Part shown: positions 53,194 through 64,000 of the stretch, piece by piece
How the letters are laid out: each line of letters begins with the position of its first letter
Position numbering within the stretch: position 1 is the first letter of the stretch
NCBI GenBank assembly: GCA_020137815.1
Contig: CM035350.1
Span: 1,984,001 to 2,048,000 of the forward strand
Origin: Hormiphora californensis
Lineage: Eukaryota > Animalia > Ctenophora
Direction of reading: 5' to 3'
Length of the DNA stretch: 64,000 nt
Program-made: the position numbers and the translations under genes
The notes under the pieces: model-generated
The model's input: the letters and a program-made list of their open reading frames with translations, nothing else
What the model was told of the DNA's origin: nothing
Databases searched by the model: none

Positions 53194-54860
53194 AATCTGC
53201 CAATGGATCTACCCATTATCAAGAGGGAGTATCGCAATGGGATGTACGGTGTCATATCTGTCATGTCATCAAAGGTTCTCATTGAGGTGAGTCTCTCTAT
53301 TGCATTGTAAAGCGAGGTGTAGAACAATCTGTTTACAATTTACAAACAATATTACTTGCACTGGTGATAATCACTGGTATAGATGATTCATATCCTGTTT
53401 TGTTTTTCAGACGCCCTACCTGCTTATTCTAACCCTACTCCAGTGGCTAGTGTTCTGGGGGCTTGGAGGTAAGCAGACACGCGTCTAACCGCTGTCAGCG
53501 TGCAGCCTAGCTGCTTATATAATTCCCTCCTTGAAATCTGAATCCTGATCCATTCCTTCTAAGTCTAACCCTCCCTCCCTCCTTGTATTGTAGACTATAC
53601 CTCTAACCCTCCCTCCCTCCCTTCTAAGTCTAACCCTCCCCCCTCCCTCCTTGTATTGTAGACTATACCTCTAACCCTCCCTCCCTCCCTTCTAAGTCTA
53701 ACCCTCCCTCCCTCCTCCCTCTAAGTCTAACCCCCTCCCTCCCTCCTAAGTCTAACCCTCCCTCCCTCCCTCCAGGTCTAACCCCTCCCTCCCTCCCTCC
53801 TAGGTCTAACCCTCCCTCCCTCCCTCCTAAGTCTAACCCTCCCTCCCTCCTAAGTCTAACCCTCCCTCCCTCCCTCCTAGGTCTAACCCTCCCTCCCTCC
53901 TAGGTCTACGTAGGACTGCTGCTGGATTTTTCGTTGGCTATATCACCGTTATTGGAGTGTCCTTTGTTTCCACCACAATGGGTTACTTCATAGCGTGTCT
54001 AGCGGGTAATGCTGTGATAGCAGCCGCTCTAACACCCCTCTTTATCCTGCCCTTCTTCCTATTTGGAGGTCTCTACCAGAACGAGGCATCAACCCCCTAC
54101 TACTTCTACCCGGTCAAGTATATGTCGTGGTTCCGGTACGGATTTGGGTCTCTCATTATCAACGAATTCCAAGACCTCGAACTAAGTAAATCTGGGATCT
54201 TTAGTTTTAGTCTCTTTTTTGATAAACTGAGAATATAGCTACGATATTTGGTATACTAACTATGTATACATTTGCCTTGCTACGCAGTCTGTCCATTCGT
54301 CCAGTTGAGCTCACACCGGGCCTTCCACCGGGTGTGAGAGCCGACAGACTGGGGTCAACTATTATATATATATATACCATATATGGTTCTGATGATTGTA
54401 GTTGTACTGTTTCCGTATAATGTGTGTCTGTATTTTTAGGTTGTAAAAACGCTTCAAGTCCACGGTGTGTGTTTGAAAATAGGGATGAAATACTCAACTA
54501 CTACAGTATCGACGCGGTAAGCCTCTCACTACCTGTCCATTGTCGGAGCCAGGAGCGCGAAAACTCAAAAAGTTAACGAACTCGTACTCATCCAGTAGAA
54601 GTTTAGTATAGAAGTTTGTGTTTTCTTGAAAAGCTGTACATGACAAATGGCAGTACTGACAAGGTCTGTCAGGTGGTCCCTGACTAACATATGTTCCACT
54701 GACCACTCTAACCCTCTTCTCAATTCAGGGAGATATCTGGTTCCCCAACTTGGTTGCTATGGTTATTATGGGTGTCGGATACCTCTTCCTCTCCATCTTC
54801 ATCTTGTGGCTCAGAGTCAGGCAAACAGACAAGGGTGCAGAGGAGAAGAAAACTGAGTGA
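53194..54860 (+). CDS. 3' half (transmembrane domain) of an ABCG/white-family half transporter; exons 53194-53286, 53411-53468, 53904-54184, 54440-54516, 54729-54860
   Basis: LPIIKREYRNGMY, SKVLIETP, LPFFLFGGLY, YMSWFRYGF…INEF, extracellular Cys loop and final TM helix. No ATP-binding exons found in the window. Confidence 0.88.
53555..53903 (+). repeat. Intronic minisatellite of branchpoint-polypyrimidine-AG units
   Basis: About a dozen gtctaaccctccctccctcc(t/c)(a)ag units end at the real acceptor (53903). Confidence 0.85.
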
Positions 54861-55125
54861 AACTGTTAATAATCTTGGTCAACTTATGTCTACTTATTAT
54901 TTGACACTGACACTGAGAGGTGATCTGAGCGGTTACTATTAAAGAACTATTAATTAGTACATATTATTACAGTTGGGTTGCACTTGTTGGGGCCCGAGAG
55001 ATAAATTTGTTGTTGTTTTATAATTGAGTTCAGTTAATTGTTAAAAGTTAGAGGTCTGGTGAAAACAGGGGCATGATCTCAGTCGGACTAGCAAGGCTAG
55101 TAGCCTCTCCAGTCTACCCTATAAG

Positions 55126-60888
<5,763 letters not shown>

Positions 60889-61765
60889 ATATCATACAAC
60901 CATATCAAATCATGAATCCATATCATATAATAAATCACTCGAGCTGAGAAAAGAGCTAAATGTTAATTTTTAATTTTTTTGGGGAAGGTGGGATGTTCAT
61001 GAGTCCGGCGTAACCGAAAAGACAAACAACAATTACATGAACAATGAATGAAAATGGGTGGCATACATATAACATTGTAATTTATGCATAACGTAATAGT
61101 TGAATAGTTAATAATATAAGGAAGTCAGACCCCAACTTACCGGCTTTCGATTTACCGTACACACCCCGATTGTACTGTGCAAAAATCTCTCCCCGACCAT
61201 GCCGATAATTTGGGGTCCGACTGTACATATTATATATGCATATAAAAAAATTGTAACTCTCCAAATTGTACTATCATGGCCTACACGTTGCTTGCTATCA
61301 TTAATGTTATTTTCATAATATAATAGTCCTCGATTGATCGTTTAGATGTACATGAAAAATCAATATAGCAAGTATCATGAATTCATGAATGTTAATGAAT
61401 AGACATGATTCGGCTTCATGAGATGCGTCAGCGTAATGTGATCATGAACAATGCAGCAATTGAAGGACTGTGCAACTGTGGTAATCTGAAAATATGCTGT
61501 TATTAGTCAAATAGTTTGAGGCTTGATGTGTCATGTAGTTTACAAATATCAATGAATAATAACAGACATTTAATGAGTGGCAACTATAGGATGATATAAT
61601 AGTTCTAGTGTCAAAAAACTTACCGAAAGAAATTATTGGTAAGATCATGACCGCTTTTCAGTGCCAATCTGTCAACCTTCCGCGTCTATATATACCTTCG
61701 TCTATATATACCAACCTGGGAATAGTTAGAGCAGCATTTTCTGTTCAACCGACGTACAGTTTCCC

Positions 61766-61918
<153 letters not shown>

Positions 61919-62802
61919 ATAGAATAGACACTAGACTTTAGAGATATAAGAAAGAGAAAGTGATGGAGATGGAGATGGAGATGGAGTTGGAGATGGAGAT
62001 GGCGTTATAGATTAGACTTTAGAGATATCGGAACAAGATTTTTAATATCTTCTCTGGCTGCTAATCTCACTTTCTCTCTCACACATACACGCCCTACTGT
62101 ACAATATCATTGATATTTAACTTTAGAGATAGAAAGAGAAAGTGATGGAGATGGAGATGGAGATAAGAGTAGAAGACAAAAGAAGAGAAGGAGAGGAGAG
62201 AAAGTAGGAAGAGATCCTCTAGCTACTGAGATGCAGATAGATCTCTTCTCTTCATCTCTCAGATCCTCCCCTTCTTCGATTCCTCGATGAGATACCTGCC
62301 ATCTATGATCGTAAACGTATAGTAGCTTTAGGTAATTGAAGATGATAATGTACGAAGGTGTCGTGACGGTGGAGGACTTTGAAAAAAAGGTGGGAGAAAA
62401 CGAATATTAATAATATTGGGTGTGATAGAGAGTCAGGAAAGCCAACACTGGAAAACCTTGCTCATGTTGTAATTGTAACTAAAGTTTTAAATCATTCCTA
62501 GCTTTGCTCCAAACAGATCATCAGGTATATTTTGTATTTCTTTTGTGCTCAGTGCACGTCCAATTAATGAGTATCTGAAAAGAAAGGTTGGTTTTAATTC
62601 AGATGGTGGACGATGGTCAAAGAGGGGGGGGGGGTATTAAATTTACGGCAAGAATTTATTTGCGTTATGTTTTAACATTTCTTTTCAGGGGGGTAAACCC
62701 CCGAAAGCTGTCATGTTCTAACCCTTCTTTACAAGTCTAGCTAGGCAACAGGCAAATACTCTGACCACAGTTCTCGCACACTGAATAGCGTCATCTCAAA
62801 CG

Positions 62803-63610
62803 CTACAACTTTTTTCGGGGTCGCACGATTTTCCCTAACTTTTCAAACTTTAGCAGATTTTACTTTCCAGTTTCAATTTTACAACCTTTTCTTGCCGTAT
62901 GGTTTTGATGGTGGCATTTTTAGGCTCTGTTTTTCTGCTGTTAATGAATCCTTTTTTCTAATATCTTTTGCTATGTTCGAAAGTAAAATAACTCGCTAAA
63001 CAATGCGGAGTAAAAGGGTAGCGAGTAAGGTCATCCACTTCTTGTCACCAAATTTAGATGGTTTTGGCCATGGCTCAGCCATTTATTGGTCAAATTGCTT
63101 CATCTTGGGCTCGTTGGAAAGAGGGCATCGAGCTCTTTCCACACAGCTCAAGAAAATTAAAATCGGTGCAAAAATGGCGGTGTTATGGCCAAAATGCGCA
63201 TTTTAAGGCGTTTCGCGCCACAGCTCCGCCATTTCTTCACCAACTTGCAAAAACTAGGGCTGTAAGGAAAGAGCTCGATGCCCTCTTTCCAACGAGCCCA
63301 AGATGAAGCAATTTGGCCAAAAAATGGCTGAGCCATGGCCAAAACCATCTAAATTTGGTGACAAGAAGTGGATGACCTTACTCGCTACCCTTTTACTCCG
63401 CATTGTTTAGCGAGTTATTTGACTCTCGAACATAGCAAAAGATATTAGAAAAAAGGATTCATTAACAGCAGAAAAACAGAGCCGAAAAATGCCACCATCA
63501 AAACCATACGGCAAGAAAAGGTTATAAAATTGAACCTGGAAACTGGAAAGTAAAATCTGCTAAAGTTTGAAAAGTTAAGAAAAATCGCGCGACCCCGAAA
63601 AAAGTTGTAG
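62803..63610. mobile_element. ~800-bp foldback palindrome with ~400-bp near-identical arms
   Basis: ctacaacttttttcggggtcgc… matches …gcgaccccgaaaaaagttgtag; the centre is near 63205 with almost no spacer. Superfamily undetermined. Confidence 0.85.
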
Positions 63611-64000
63611 GTATGGATGTGCTTTTCGGGGTCGCGCGCAGCAGGGCTTTTGTTGTTTGAGTTGACCTTTTTTTTTTTTTTTTTTTTTTTTTTCGACGTC
63701 AGCGCGGCCATTTCTCGATCAATGTGACAGTCCAACTATTGGATGTGACAAGCAACGATAATAGCACTCAATACGGTCCCTTGCTTGACCCCGGTGACTT
63801 GCACCGACACTGTCTGTCTCACCCAATCACGAGTGTGTGCTACCAATCTCGATAGCACGCAGGTTCAGTTTTGTCAAACAAAGTTAATGACATGATTTCT
63901 ACGCTACCTCTAGACAGTTGACCTTTAGGTTTGGTTTTGTTTGGTTTGCTCCCGCCCTTCGGACAGGAGGCCGAGGTTTGGTCTTGGTTGCTCGTCTGCA

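Overview
Eukaryotic (animal) genomic DNA with short GT-AG introns and dense (GA)n, (GTCT)n and (GTCA)n microsatellites. The LDLa-repeat GPCR without LRRs, the divergent SIX homeobox and the nested genes suggest a ctenophore; this is an inference, not shown. Host genes reconstructed by hand: the last exon of a calmodulin-like gene, a SIX homeobox gene, an HRI-like eIF2-alpha kinase, a 120-aa orphan, PTPN3/4 (FERM-PDZ-PTP), a USP4/15-like deubiquitinase with an internal RING-like finger and an LDLa-GPCR nested antisense in its 7.9-kb intron, an RGG-repeat orphan, and the 3' half only of an ABCG/white transporter. Mobile DNA: an intact long-TIR Tc1/mariner (DD44D), a CRE retrotransposon inserted at the junction of a tandem Helitron array, LINE fragments and many MITE families, including a multi-level nested stack. 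Top observations: (1) a 13-exon, TIR-less, apparently domesticated Sailor/IS630-like transposase with an intact D-D(86)E triad; (2) a 57-bp minisatellite creating 18 in-frame 5' splice donors in the USP gene, with a matching array of duplicated 3' acceptors in the ABCG gene; (3) a CRE element whose target duplication starts exactly at a Helitron 5' end. Clusters of single-base frameshifts in three genes look like assembly errors.
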